From: Atractiella rhizophila
Lineage: Eukaryota
Direction of reading: 5' to 3'
Length of the DNA: 47,762 bases
Assembly (NCBI GenBank): GCA_021432655.1
Contig: MU271539.1
Span: forward strand, 1 to 47,762
The notes below the pieces were generated by a model, which had not been told where the DNA came from, did not search any database, and saw only the letters and a program-made list of their open reading frames with translations. A program made the position numbers and the translations under genes. Below are positions 1 to 14,082 of this stretch, in pieces (position 1 is the stretch's first letter; each line of letters begins with the position of its first letter).

Positions 1-2556
1 ATCCTCCTTCGGAATCGTCATTTGTCGAATTGAAACAGATGGCTGATACGACATTTAGGTTCAAGGAGAAGAGTCAGCCTTACAATTATGTCCAGTTCCT
101 CGTTTCTCGCATGCTGGCTGCCGGACCGAAGGAGGCCGTGATTCGGAATGGCACTTGTTTGGGACAATGGTTCCCTGAACAGGTTGTTGAACTTGCGGAT
201 TTCTTGAAGAGGGATAACTGTCGGATTATTATTAGTTCAAAGCAGGAACCGGATGGGGTTAAGTATGATAGAATGGAGGAGAGATATCAAATTGAATATG
301 CCACAGTGGAGATGGACCATGTTCTGGCGAAGGTATTCACCTTCTATCGATTGACAAACTTGTTCTGATGAAGATTTGTGGCCAGGCTTCTGAAACGGTC
401 CCCAGTGATGCATTCGAGATGTTGCCTCCTAATCCCTTTATCCCAAAGGATTTCGAAATCAAGGGACCCATCCCAACCCCGCCTGTGCGCCATCCTCTGT
501 CAGTCCCTGTCGCGTAGCTGATTGACTTGATTGGCCCTACAGAGCCCCAAGCCACCGTCCGTCGTAATGGATAACAAATCGCTTAAGCTCTGGCATAAAC
601 TCGATGACCAATGGGGCGTTCCGAAAGGTGTTATTCATGTGCGGATTAGAAAGTACGTTTTATTCGTTTTCCATCGGTAAACACTTGCAGAAATACCGAT
701 GCCACTCTTTTCAGTCCAAGGACAGATCGTACGCCTAAAGAAGCAGTGAAGACTTCGATGGTCTTCAGCCTCTTCAGCGACCACGTCCAGAGGAAATTTT
801 ATGATGCTATATTGGGCAAGCAGTTTCCCTCCTCTGTAGGCATGGCGCTCATGACGCAAATTGTACAGCGGGTCACTCCTACGGTCTGTCAACGGACCAG
901 GACAATATTCATATCAAAGTTAAAGGGTACAACGAAAAACTTCCAGCCTTGCTGATGCAATTAGTCGAAGAGATAAAGGTTTTCCAACCTACGCCGGAGA
1001 GATTTGGAATCGTGATGGACTGGGTTCGTTTTCCCTTCTTGTTGCATGCTACAACATTTGACTGCATCTTGTAGCATGAAAGGTCCTACAAGAACTTTGC
1101 ACTTCGACGCCCGGATACACTGGCCAGCACTTTCATGGTGCGCTCTGCCTGGAATGATAAGCTCGTCTCATTTCCGTGCTCACGCAGAACTATTTGCTCG
1201 CGGAAGTTTCTTGGCTGCCTTCAGAGGCGCTTAACCAACTGCAGGGTCAGTAGCTTCACAACTAACTAACAATCAAAGCTCACATTAAACTGGTAGATGT
1301 CACTCTTGAAGAAGTACACAGTCACATCTCAGAATTATTAAAGGGATCGAGGACGGAAATGATGCTTCATGGCAATTTTAGCACCCACGTATGAATTTTG
1401 GCATTCTATTTCAATGAATCTGTTGACGCTTAGAGTAGGAAGCCAAAGTCCTTGCAGAGCAATTTACCGGTGCAGTTCCTGGTGATGGCAGCGATAAACG
1501 GAATCCACATAGAACTTACCTGCTACCCGAACAAGGTCGGCCCATCCGTTTTGTAGCGGTGCAGAAGTAGCTGAGCGGGAAAGCAGGTTGTAATTTCGTG
1601 TACCAACTGCCTGGACTTGACGCTGCGAATGTGAACTCTGCCATTGACTTTCGTGTTCAAGTCTGCCTCTCGACCTCTTTCCTGGAGCGCGCCAAACTGC
1701 AACTCATCGGACAAATCCTCTCTGAGCCCGTCTTCGACCAACTTCGAACGAAGGAACAGCTTGGATATATTGTGCACGGTTCTACGAATCTTCACGTTGG
1801 TGTTATGGGTTACAGCATCACAATTCAATCGGAAAAAAGTGCTGGATATTTAGAAGAGCGGATTGAGGCTTTCTACGACATGATGGTTGAAAGATTGGAG
1901 CAGATGAGTGAAGAGGAGATGGAGAAAAATAAGCAAAGTCTGATCGAAGATTTGCTTGAGAAAGACAAGAACATGTATGAGGAGTGCGTCACCCTTCGTT
2001 GCCTTTGTTACAGCTTACAACACTTTATACTGAGCCGTCGGTTAGGATTTCGAATCACTGGCGTCGCATAACAGAAGGCTATTGTGATTTCGAGAAATAT
2101 GAGCGGGACGCAAAGCTCACCAAGAAGCTGACGAAATTCGACATCCTGTCATTTTTCAAAAAGCATTTTCTCCGATCCTCAACGTCGCGACGGAAGCTCT
2201 CTGTCCAGATTCTCTCTCAAACGGTACATGATGACGATCCTATAATGTCGACTTTGCAAAGCCAACTACCACACCCTGCATTGGAGGAGATTGAAAAATT
2301 TGTGAAGACGAGACCACCTATCATCAAGGTGGAGGAAAAGGTGATCCAGGTGTTCGACGAGCACGGCATTCCAGTCGAAGGAAGACAGGGATTCACCAAT
2401 CTGATGAAGAAATTGAAGGAGCCTCCTTCTCTTCTGGAAGGAGTGAAGTTAGTCAGAGATGCCGAGATAAAGGAGTGGCAGAGCACGTTGAAGAAAGGGC
2501 CTATTCCAGAACCGCTGCTGAAGGAACACCTCGAAGTGCTCGAAGCGAAGCTTTGA
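1..2556 (+). CDS. Insulysin/insulin-degrading enzyme-like M16A metallopeptidase (Ste23-like), multi-exon, 5' end outside window
   Basis: Exon translations include KLWHKLDDQWGVPKG and SEPVFDQLRTKEQLGYIV, typical of the IDE C-terminal half, and end ...EVLEAKL* at 2556. About 8 short GT-AG introns join ORFs 30-368, 1598-2071 and 1984-2556. Confidence 0.9.
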
Positions 2557-2748
2557 CAACAGGCAAATATCTTGCAATACCATAGATTTTACTCCAGGAT
2601 CAAAGGAACGGTACCACGAATGCCTCGGGTTGAGGGTCGAAAGAAAAGAAATCGATTTTAAGTTTTCAAAGTATTCTACTCCGCACCTCATCCTCCACCA
2701 CACCATCCATTAGCAGTGACCGGGCAATTACTACTTTTGCGTTGTAAC

Positions 2749-4968
<2,220 letters not shown>

Positions 4969-5334
4969 GTTTATGAAGGTAGGATATAAAATAATATGGA
5001 GGTGGTGGTGGTTGGAAGGAGGTGCTACACTACGGCTGCCGGAAGTTCTAGGCATAGCACCGTACCGTACCGAATATTCCACGGTGTTATGTTACACGTG
5101 GCAAGGTTGCGCCTGCGGATGAGCTGCTTCATTTCTGCTTCATTGGCTGGACTGCGAGCTGATCGCTACTCGCTGAGTTCTCAGCTTCACGTGCGGTTTA
5201 TACCTTGTGAAGAAACTTTTAGCAAGCCAGCCATGAAATTGACTTCGTATAGAACTGGAAGAAAAGCAGGGGACGGCTGAAGAACGAAGAACGAAGGAAA
5301 GAGAACAACCACATTGACAAGATGATCTGAATGA

Positions 5335-7322
5335 TCACTTCTTTGCTTTCTTGCGACCCTTCTTACTACCTTCAGCCTTATCCTCCTTCTTGGTCTTAAA
5401 CTTCTCTTGTATCCGCTGAAATGCTTCCTCGTCCAAATCCAATTCTTCATGAGCTTTCCCATCCTCTTCCTCCACCTCCTCAGCCTTCCGCTTCTTTCCT
5501 CGCCCCTTCTTATCTCCAGATCCAGAACCGCTACCCTTTCTGACGTACTTCTCTTCCAGGGAGCTGATGAGGTTGTCCATTCTCCCCTTCCCTCGAGCGG
5601 CAATCAATGCTTTAAGACCTTCAACATCACCGTCATCGTCTTCTGCTTTCTTTTTGCCCTTTCCCTTAGCCTTCTTCTCCTTCCCATTCACCTCATCAGT
5701 AGTGGTGGCCGTCTTCGTACTTCCGACTCCATAGAGCTGATCATAAATCCCCATCTCCTTCGCCATTGCCTCCGCTTCCTTTGCCTCCTTCTCTGCCTTC
5801 TTCAACCTGCGCTTCCGAGCCTTCTCATCTTTCGCGTCGCTCTCGAATTTATCTATGGCTTCTCCATCCGTAATTTCACCGGATGAGATGAGTTTGCGGA
5901 TCAGGGAGACGAGTCGTTCTTCTTCTTCAACGGAAGCACCGAAGGAGATGTGACGCTCGAGCATAGAGGGAAATGATCCGGAAACGTCATTAAAGATAGT
6001 GAGGAGATCTGACTTTTCTTCTTCCGAGCCTGAAGAAAGAAGGGATCAGGTCTGTTGTTTCTCTTGATGTATGTGTTCAATATGTCCACATAAATAGCTA
6101 GTTTAGATGTGGGAAACGAAAGGAGAGGCAAAAGAATATTGTCTTCGAATGAGAAGCAGCGGACAGTGTAGAGCGCTGGCCAGCCTAAAGGTTAAAGTGG
6201 ATTGATGGATCTCTCCTAACAAACTTTTTGTTTTATCCATGGGTGATGGACGGACAACATGAAAGTGTACGACATTGATCTCTGGTGTTTAAAACGATGA
6301 AATCGCAGAGTTTCCAAAGCAGAGGGAAATGTCTGATCCGACGTGTCCAACCACCACGGTCAGCACTTACTTCGCACGAATTGCGCAATCAGCACAGTAG
6401 CGAAGGTCCAAAGCCCCATGCAATATCAACTTTCACTTTGTACTGTGACCATCACGAATAGCTAGAAGTGATTGATTGCGAGCGAAATATTCACATCTGA
6501 ATCTATGACGGCTAACTAAAGCACAGAACCTCCTGTCTTAGACCTAACAGCGTCTGCATTCACTCCGCCAGTTGCACCAACTTGAACAGAATTCGTCAGT
6601 TATAAAAGCGTTGGCAGTTTTCATAACGCTAATTGTTCGTATTGATTTCAGTTACAAATATCTGCAAAGATGCCCGTAACCTCCTCCTCCGCAACAGCAA
6701 GGCGCCACAGTTGGCTTCTGTTTGGGAAAGGAAGAGACGCGTCTCGAAATAAGTAAGGTCATGTTTCAAACGCGTCTTTCGGTGTCACGAAATCTTGTTC
6801 TACCCTGTTGCGCACATCTGGAAGAGCAACGACGCGTCTCAAGCCAGCGGGACACTTCCAGATGCTGCTCTCTGGGCAACAAAAGAAAGGACGCGTCGGA
6901 TCGTTATCAAAATGCACATTCCATCCTCCTCATAAAGTAAGAGAACTCGCGGTCCAAACCAATCTCAGAATGGAAGACCACGTACCGACATACTCCTTCC
7001 TAAACCGCTCCAGCTCCTCTACACCCACCTTCTCCGCCGTCCAGTCCCCATCCCGTCCCACAACTCCAGTAGAATCATAAACCTTCCGAGTCTGTTCGTC
7101 GCTCAAAACCTCATAAGCCCTCGAAATCGACTTGAACTTTTCCTCCGCCTCCTCCTTCTCCTGTTGCTTCTTTGACGGAGACAGAGACGCGGATGAGTGG
7201 GAATGGGAGACTTTGTCGGGATGATACTTGAGCGCGAGCTTCAGGTAGGAACGTCGAATGTCGCTCGCGCTGCAGGAGGGTTGTAGGGAGAGCGTGTCGT
7301 AGAGGGCGGTGGATTTTACCAT
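5335..7322 (-). CDS. DnaJ-domain protein, DNAJC9-like; 2 exons (7322-6986, 6029-5335) separated by a 956-nt intron
   Basis: J-domain LALKYHPDK...AYEVLSDEQTRKVYD. Splicing GTCG|gtacgt...cttcag|GCTCG gives KEYVGSEEEKSDLL, the DNAJC9-type continuation. C-terminus LKALIAARGKGRMDNLISSLEEKY plus a Lys/Glu-rich tail. Confidence 0.85.
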
Positions 7323-8300
7323 GATTCTCACGTATTGTTGATTACTCGTTCGCCAGAGATGTGGGTGGAAGCGCTGCGGGGTAAGTTCCGATCGGAGGGT
7401 AAAGTTTGGACGTTTCGTTCATACAGGCCGTGCATTAATATCGTCACCAACGACGAGTCAAGTTGAAGTTGCGTGCAATATATATTTGACACATGTTGCA
7501 ACGAATACTCGAATGCAAAGCAGATAGAAGGCAGGCAGGAAGGTGGCGTTGGAGGCAGAGAGTAAGTAAAAGTGACCGTTGAATGGAGCTAGAACGCTTC
7601 CTCTTCCGGATCTTCTCAAAACGTCTTTTTCTTGCGCTAATAACGTCTTCTTATTCTCTACTATCCTCTCCTCCTTTAGCTGCTCTCTCGTAGCCAGCCA
7701 GCTCATCCCTTGTGTTGAGCTGTCCTATGCCCATACTAGCTATCTCATAGCCTTATCCTTCCCAGCATCTTGAACAACGAACATCAAAGAATTATCACGA
7801 GGCTAGGAACGAGCATTGGATTGCATTTCCGGAATTGCACTTATCGCTCTCCCAAAGGGTGTACGCTTCCCATCCCGCTCTTTCCCTTTCCCTTTCCATT
7901 TCTCGTCTATTTCCATCTTTCTTAACACTCTCAGTGTTGTCCAATTCCAGCATTTCTCTCTTATGCTCCGTTTTCGTGTATATCTGGATGACTATATTAG
8001 TGGGACAACAGTCTTCAAGTTACTCTCGCTCCAACGCAAAATCAAAGCGCAAGGGTCAAAACACGGGATATATCGCTTGCTCCAACTCCACCTCGCGTCC
8101 TTTCAAAACTTCACTCGCAATACCACCGTTTAAAGGTGCAGACGACGTTAATCCTGCTTCAAAGGGGCCAAAGGGATTTCGACCTCCTTAACGTGACGCG
8201 CCAGATCTGGATTCTCACACAGTTCGTATTTTCTCACCCCTTTCCCTCCTTCCCGCCTTCGCTTCGAACTAACTTGCTGTTTCGGCTCACCCGGAAATCG

Positions 8301-8308
8301 TATAAAAG
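8301..8308 (+). promoter_or_regulatory. Putative TATA box of the cyclin gene
   Basis: TATAAAAG followed by a CT-rich tract and ~470 nt without any ATG up to the cyclin start at 8808. Confidence 0.5.
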
Positions 8309-8807
8309 GTCATATCCTCTCCACTCGATTCCCTTTCTTAATCCCTCTCGGATCTCTCTCCTCTCTACTCTCTCTCGCTCGCGCTCTCGCCACTCAACCA
8401 GGAAACGACGACGCCGTCGATAACTTGTCTTCATCTTGTTTGAATTCTTCTTGATTCTATAAGAAAACGACGAGGCAATCGATTTGCTCTCTGATTCATA
8501 TCATCTTTCGAATCCTCAGCAGCTCTCATTCTTTCTCGTCCTAAATCGCGCTACCTACATCGATTACTTTCGAGGGAAAAGGTCCATCCAAGCTTCTGAA
8601 TTTGCCGTCGTTATTTTCTTGGTTATCCACCCCTTCACCAACCAGTCGTTCTTCGCCCTCCCCTCCTCAGTATTTCATTCAGTGCTTCTTGGTCGTCCAT
8701 TGACTGCCTCAGTCTTAATCTATCCTTAGTACTTCAGTCTTTCATCCACTCTGTCTTTATTATTATTCTTTCTTCAACACCAAATCGAATCGAAGCGCGT
8801 CACAAGA

Positions 8808-10703
8808 ATGGAGTCCTCTCATTCTCTCCAATCCTTCTCCTCCTCGTCTTCATCTGGATCGAACAACACCAATTCCACCTATGCCACCTCACTTTCACTC
8901 TCGTCCTCTGGACCTGGTGGCTGTGACAGTCAACCTACGGTCATCAAGCTCCCCATCCCGCTCCCAAGTCCTCCACCCATCGAGAGGAGACATCCCGCCA
9001 GCTTGCTGCCGAAGAGGTTTCATCATCCTGGGTTATTGGAACTGGTCAGGAGCCCCGTCACTGGGGACATGATCAGTCAGTCGCCGCTTTCTTCCTCCCT
9101 CTTTGCTTTCATTGTTTTCGTTGACGATGGATCGCTGATTGTTTTTTTTGCACGTAACAGCATATCTCGCTCACAAAGCGATCTCAGTCATCCACTGCTC
9201 GTCTCCTCCAGCCCCGCTCCTCTCCCCTCCTCATACGCCAACGAAGCCCGGAGTCGTCTCCAATGGCAATCTATCGACGGGAGCGTCAGGAGACCAAGGA
9301 GCGATGCCTTCCCTGGAGACATTCATCAAGATCCTCGTAGACAAGTCGAACGTTCAAGTCCCGACCTTGCTCACCACGCTCGTCTATTTGGATAAGCTCA
9401 AGAATCGTCTCCCAAAGGTCGCGAAGGGTATGCAGTGTACGAGACATCGCGTCTTTTTAGCTTGTCTTATCGTCGCCGCCAAATATCTCAATGGTTAGTT
9501 CCTCCTTCCTTCCTTTTTCTTGTCCTTGGCTTTCCACTTTCCTTTCCTAGAAGGAGAGGGATGGATTTGGGAACTGAATAATTATTTCTGATATTTTCGG
9601 CGCTATTTACAGACTCCTCCCCGAAGAACAAGCATTGGGCGAAATACGCTGCCCTGTTTTCGATTGCCGAAGTGAATTTGATGGAGAAGCAACTGCTCTA
9701 TCTTCTCGACTACGACCTCCGAATGACGGAGGACGACCTTCTCCAACACTTCGAGCCCTTCCTACCGGCAGCCACCAGGGCTCAACCATCCCCCATCAAA
9801 TCCTCCTTCTCCACCCCTTCGTTCCAGAACCACAAACCCGCCCATCTGTCGATCACGGTTCCGCCTAGGAACCTCGAGCTTTCGGTTGATCTAAGGGCAG
9901 CGTCTCCTCAGTGGCCCATTACTCCCGTCAAGAAGACTGGTGGTGTTGAAGGAACTAAGGCCGGCTCTGGAAACTCGTTGTTGCCCACACCCTCGCCGAG
10001 TCCCACGAAGCCGATCACGCCCATCAAGAGCAGGTTCAACAAGCCCGTTCCTCCTCCTCCTCAACCTGAGACTCAAGCTCTGAATCAAACCCAGAACACG
10101 GTCCAGTCCCAGGCTCCAGTTCCCGTGCCCATCCAGAACCCCAAGACGCAGCCTCACCCCCTAGTCATGACGCCTGAATCGTCGAGCGACTCACAAGCTT
10201 CCTCGTGTTCTTCAGTGGGCAGTGTGGGTAGCGTTGGGTCGGGATATTCGATCACGTCTTCGGTTGGGAGCGTGGCGAGCGGTGCGGACTCAGAGTGCAT
10301 GGAGATGGATCTCGACCTGTCCCCACTTGCGAGCTACGGAGCGGGAGGAGAAGGGAGACGGAGGCCGCTGATGCAGAGGAGGAAGTCCTCCCCTCGTTCA
10401 ACCACCGCGAAGAAGTACGCTACCGTTGTACCCCGCAGGACGTCAGCCGCCAAGCTGAACGCCGTCCTTGGAGTCGGTACTGGCGCTGATGGGAGAGGAG
10501 CGGTGGGATTACAGGATGAGGTCGCCGCCTTTCAGCTCGCGTTGCCCTTTGAGAAGATGCAGACGACGGATTGTTTGGCGTCCAATCTGAAGACGAAGAG
10601 CTCAACGGGGAGCTTTTTGAGGATGACGTTTGAGGCGGGGAAGGGGATGTGGGAGAAGAGGAGGGAGAGGAATGGATCGATCAATGTAGATGCTTGTCAG
10701 TGA
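8808..10703 (+). CDS. Pho85-type cyclin (Pcl1/Pcl2 family), 3 exons, long disordered C-terminus
   Basis: Cyclin box [32 protein letters not shown]...[26 protein letters not shown], continuing [17 protein letters not shown]. Introns near 9076-9160 and 9495-9612. Confidence 0.92.
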
Positions 10704-11649
10704 TCTGGATGACGAAACAACCACTCCGTCTCTTCGCCTGCTCTTTCACTGTCGGCTCTTTCCATCATCGTCGGTCCGTTACGATGACTCTTCCTCTTTC
10801 GATCTCGTCTCCTCCGATCATCCCTCTCTCATTAATTCGGATTGTCGTAGTAATCAATCCTCCCTCTCCACTAATCGTCGCTAGGGGTGTCGATTTCGAA
10901 TGAAGAAGCATCATCGTTATCAATTGATTTGGTCTTTGAGTATTCAATTTTTCCATTGTTGTTTTGTCGGCTGTCTCTTGGTTATTCTTTTATCGTTTTC
11001 ATTTCATTTCAGTCAACCATCTGTCCCTCAGTTCACCCGCAGTTTACGAAGACGACGAACCCTCTTGTTCTTCCACAAGTCTCACAGTCTACGACATCCG
11101 CGCCACCTTTACGATCCGAGAACCAACGGGATTCCTTCCTCCTTCCTCTTCCCTCTCTTCTCATCATCTTCACATTATTGTTATAATCGAATGGACCATC
11201 AAAAGAAAGGAAAGAAGAGCTTTTAGATCTTTCTCGTATCGATTTCTGCGTTCTACTTACATGTTTCTTTAGCTGGATTCACGTTGGCTTGAACCCATTT
11301 TCTGGCAAACGAGACTGGATCCCATTCGATTTCCACTGGTTGGCATCGATTCTTCTTTCTCTTCATCACCCATCTTCAACCTCTTGTCAATGTACACTTC
11401 TTTTCCTCCTTCACCCTTTCCTCACTTTCCGCTACCCTTGTTCAATTTCATTGACGGACTTATTGGAGATGTCTTGCGCATGAGTGGATTGATGTCATGT
11501 AGCTTTCCTCAATGTTTGCAATAGAGAATGAAGAATCCCTCCCCTGTGGAACCTCATCATAGTGAGCCTCAATTCACTTTCACAAATATGCAATTCCAAT
11601 ATAAACCACGCAAATACGAACGAAAATGGACAGTGACACCAGGTTGGAC

Positions 11650-12865
11650 TTATGCTCCTCCAGCTTTTTCGCTTTCCATGGCGGCCCATACTTCTTTGAG
11701 CTCTTCCAGTGTCGTGTCGGCCAGCTCTGGAAATGTTCCCTTTATGTTTTCCAATACCTTCAGGAGCTCTTCCTCCGACACATCATCCAGCGACAACATA
11801 TCTTCGCTCTCCGGGAGATCACGATCCTCTTCGTCGGTGGCAGGATTGATTACAGGTTCTTCCGTTTCCTCATCATCAAACAGATCATCAACCTCAAAAA
11901 GCGTCTTCTGATTCCTCAAGGTTTCCCAATGATCCTCTTCTCGTGCAGGCTCTAGAAGACTCCCCCATGCCTTCTCACTCTTCAATTTTTTCGCGACGTT
12001 CAAGGTCCCCATGGACTCTTGGAACTGCTTCTCCTGCGCTTCTCTGGCAGCGTGTAGCTCGTCGGATGCAAAGGGTAGTTGGAAGGGATCGGGATTTTCC
12101 AAGACTAGCGAGGAGTCGTGTTTCCCTGTGGAATGTGGAGAGGAATGAGTGTGACGGTGACCGCGATGTGGCTTTGCCTTCTGCTCTGTCTTGGGACGAA
12201 CATTCAAGTCTGCGTCTGAATTCCTGAAATCGCTTGCGAATGGACGCCTTCGATTCACATCAGCTCGCTTGCAGACTCCCAGTGTCCCTTCTGTGGTACA
12301 TTCGAACTCGGGAGTGAAGCAGGAATATTCCCAATGAATCTGTGCGACCAATCGTTAGTGTCTTTCAATATCTCAGAGAGTGACATGAACTGACATCGGT
12401 GTGCTCGAAAGGCGCTTGGGTGTTGCAAATGCTGCCATTCCCACCGCAAATACCTGTGAACAATGCCTTACAAAGGTTTTCTTGTGAGGGCCGTGTAAAC
12501 CTCACCATCTGAACACCATCCAAAACAGTTTTCGTCTGATTCACACTTTGCTCCATTGTCCGCACAGTGATCTTTGTGTCGCCATTGGAGCACCGTCAAC
12601 CAATCTGCAGTGAATGAAGGAGGTGAACACTAACAGTTTGGAGCACACCACCCTTCCACTTTCGTCTTCTCCACTCCGCTCTCAACTTGGTATAGGTACG
12701 AGCACTGCTCCCCTGGTTCACAACGCGGACCTTAAGCATACGCATCAGCATCCTGGTACCACGATAGAGTCTCCGACAGCTGTACGAACCTGGTTTCCAG
12801 TGGAAACCTCTCGCACATTGACAAAGGAAAAGGATGGAAGATGCAAAAGGAAGGTAAGAGTACAT
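11650..12865 (-). CDS. Predicted secreted Cys-rich protein with acidic C-terminal region, ~5 exons, function unknown
   Basis: Signal-like MYSYLPFASSILFLCQCARG. Spliced exons read GPRCEPGEQCSYLY...GWCAPN|YHCADNGAKCESDENCFGWCSD|GICGGNGSICNTQAPF...|IHWEYSCFTPEFEC, then an Asp/Glu-rich tail ending at 11650. Confidence 0.7.
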
Positions 12866-13461
12866 TACTGGACAAGTTCAGCTGCAAGTTGGAGTGCTGG
12901 AGGTTGGAGCAGAGTGCTACCTTATAACAGTGCGCGTTCTAGATCTTCAAGTTAGAACCCGGAAGGAGGCGAGTTCCCGATGCTTCACGCCTTCTGCGGC
13001 GTTTCGGCGGCAACTTTGGGAAGGGAGGGTCCTTGTGAAAGTGCACGGCGCGTCAATCAAACATCATCAAAAACAAACCAGAAACACGGTGGAGCAAAGT
13101 AAGGAGGTAATAAAGAAGTGAAATCCTGCGGGCAATTCATTGATGGTGCCACATCAGTCACAATCATCGGCTTTTCACCAACACTCCGGGACACCTACGG
13201 TACCCCAGAAAGAACCTTTTCGTTCCGATCTAGAAGAGTAAACAAACGGTTGACTTCAACCGCTGCATTGAATGGTGTCATTCAACCACGTATACAGGAT
13301 CGAGACCACTGCAACGAGGCTGGAAGCACCGCCGTGGGCCACGGCTCCTTTACGAAGCAAGGAAGTCAATAAATCTGTCCTGTCAGAGCTGTCAGCCATG
13401 AATGGGCGAGGTATCGTGATTGTTGACTGTAGAACCCCAGAATGACCATGTCACATAAATT

Positions 13462-14082
13462 CTAGTACATTTGCATTGGGCCAGTAGATTGGACATTTGT
13501 AAGCGGAACAGAGGGAGGCATTGAAGGTTGTTGGGGTACAGGTTGTGGAAGGACGGAAAGGAAAGGAGGGATAGGTTGTTGTTGAAAGGGCATCGGTTGA
13601 GTGAGGGGTTGGTGAGGAAGCGACGCGTAAGGCGGAAGAGATACAGGAGGGATGATCGGTTGTTGGATTGGGGGATAGAGAGGTGGAAGTGAATGTCGAA
13701 ACATCATCGATGGTGGCGGTTGCGAAATGGTTTGAGACATCGGAGGAGCCAACGGCGGGATCGTGGCAGGTTGATGAGTGTAGATTGTCGGAGCAGTTGG
13801 TTGTGGAAGTACAGGTGGAGGGACGACAATGGGAGCAACAGGTTGAAGGAGAGATTGTGCGAGGACCGGTTGAGAAGTAGCAGAGGGAGCATATTGTTGT
13901 GCGTCGGATTGAGGGATCGTAGATGGATCAGATTGTTGGAGGTCAGTGTCAGTTGTGATGGTCGAAGGAGCGTGTTCAGGGACAGGTTCAGGAGCGATGG
14001 TGGAAAATTCAGGTTGAGAGACGACAGGTTGAGTTGAAGTATCAGTGGATTCGAGGGTTGAAGGAGATTGAGGCCTTGATTG
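13462..14082 (-). other. 206-codon Pro/Gln/Ser/Thr-rich open frame directly after, and in frame with, the AHA1 stop codon (candidate C-terminal extension)
   Basis: Hand translation from 14082: QSRPQSPSTLESTDTSTQPVVSQPEFSTIAPEP...GPMQMY*, with no stop until TAG at 13464-13462 and no ATG in the first ~114 codons. Confidence 0.6.

Noticed and set aside
6030..6985. Intronic snoRNA or nested protein-coding gene in the long DnaJ intron
   Set aside because: No convincing C/D box pair with terminal stem and no spliceable coding frame found by eye. Not excluded without a search.
13462..13752. Stand-alone 96-aa Pro-rich gene
   Set aside because: It starts at TTG in the middle of a longer open frame that begins right at the AHA1 stop, and there is no room for a promoter. 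It is better explained as an AHA1 extension.
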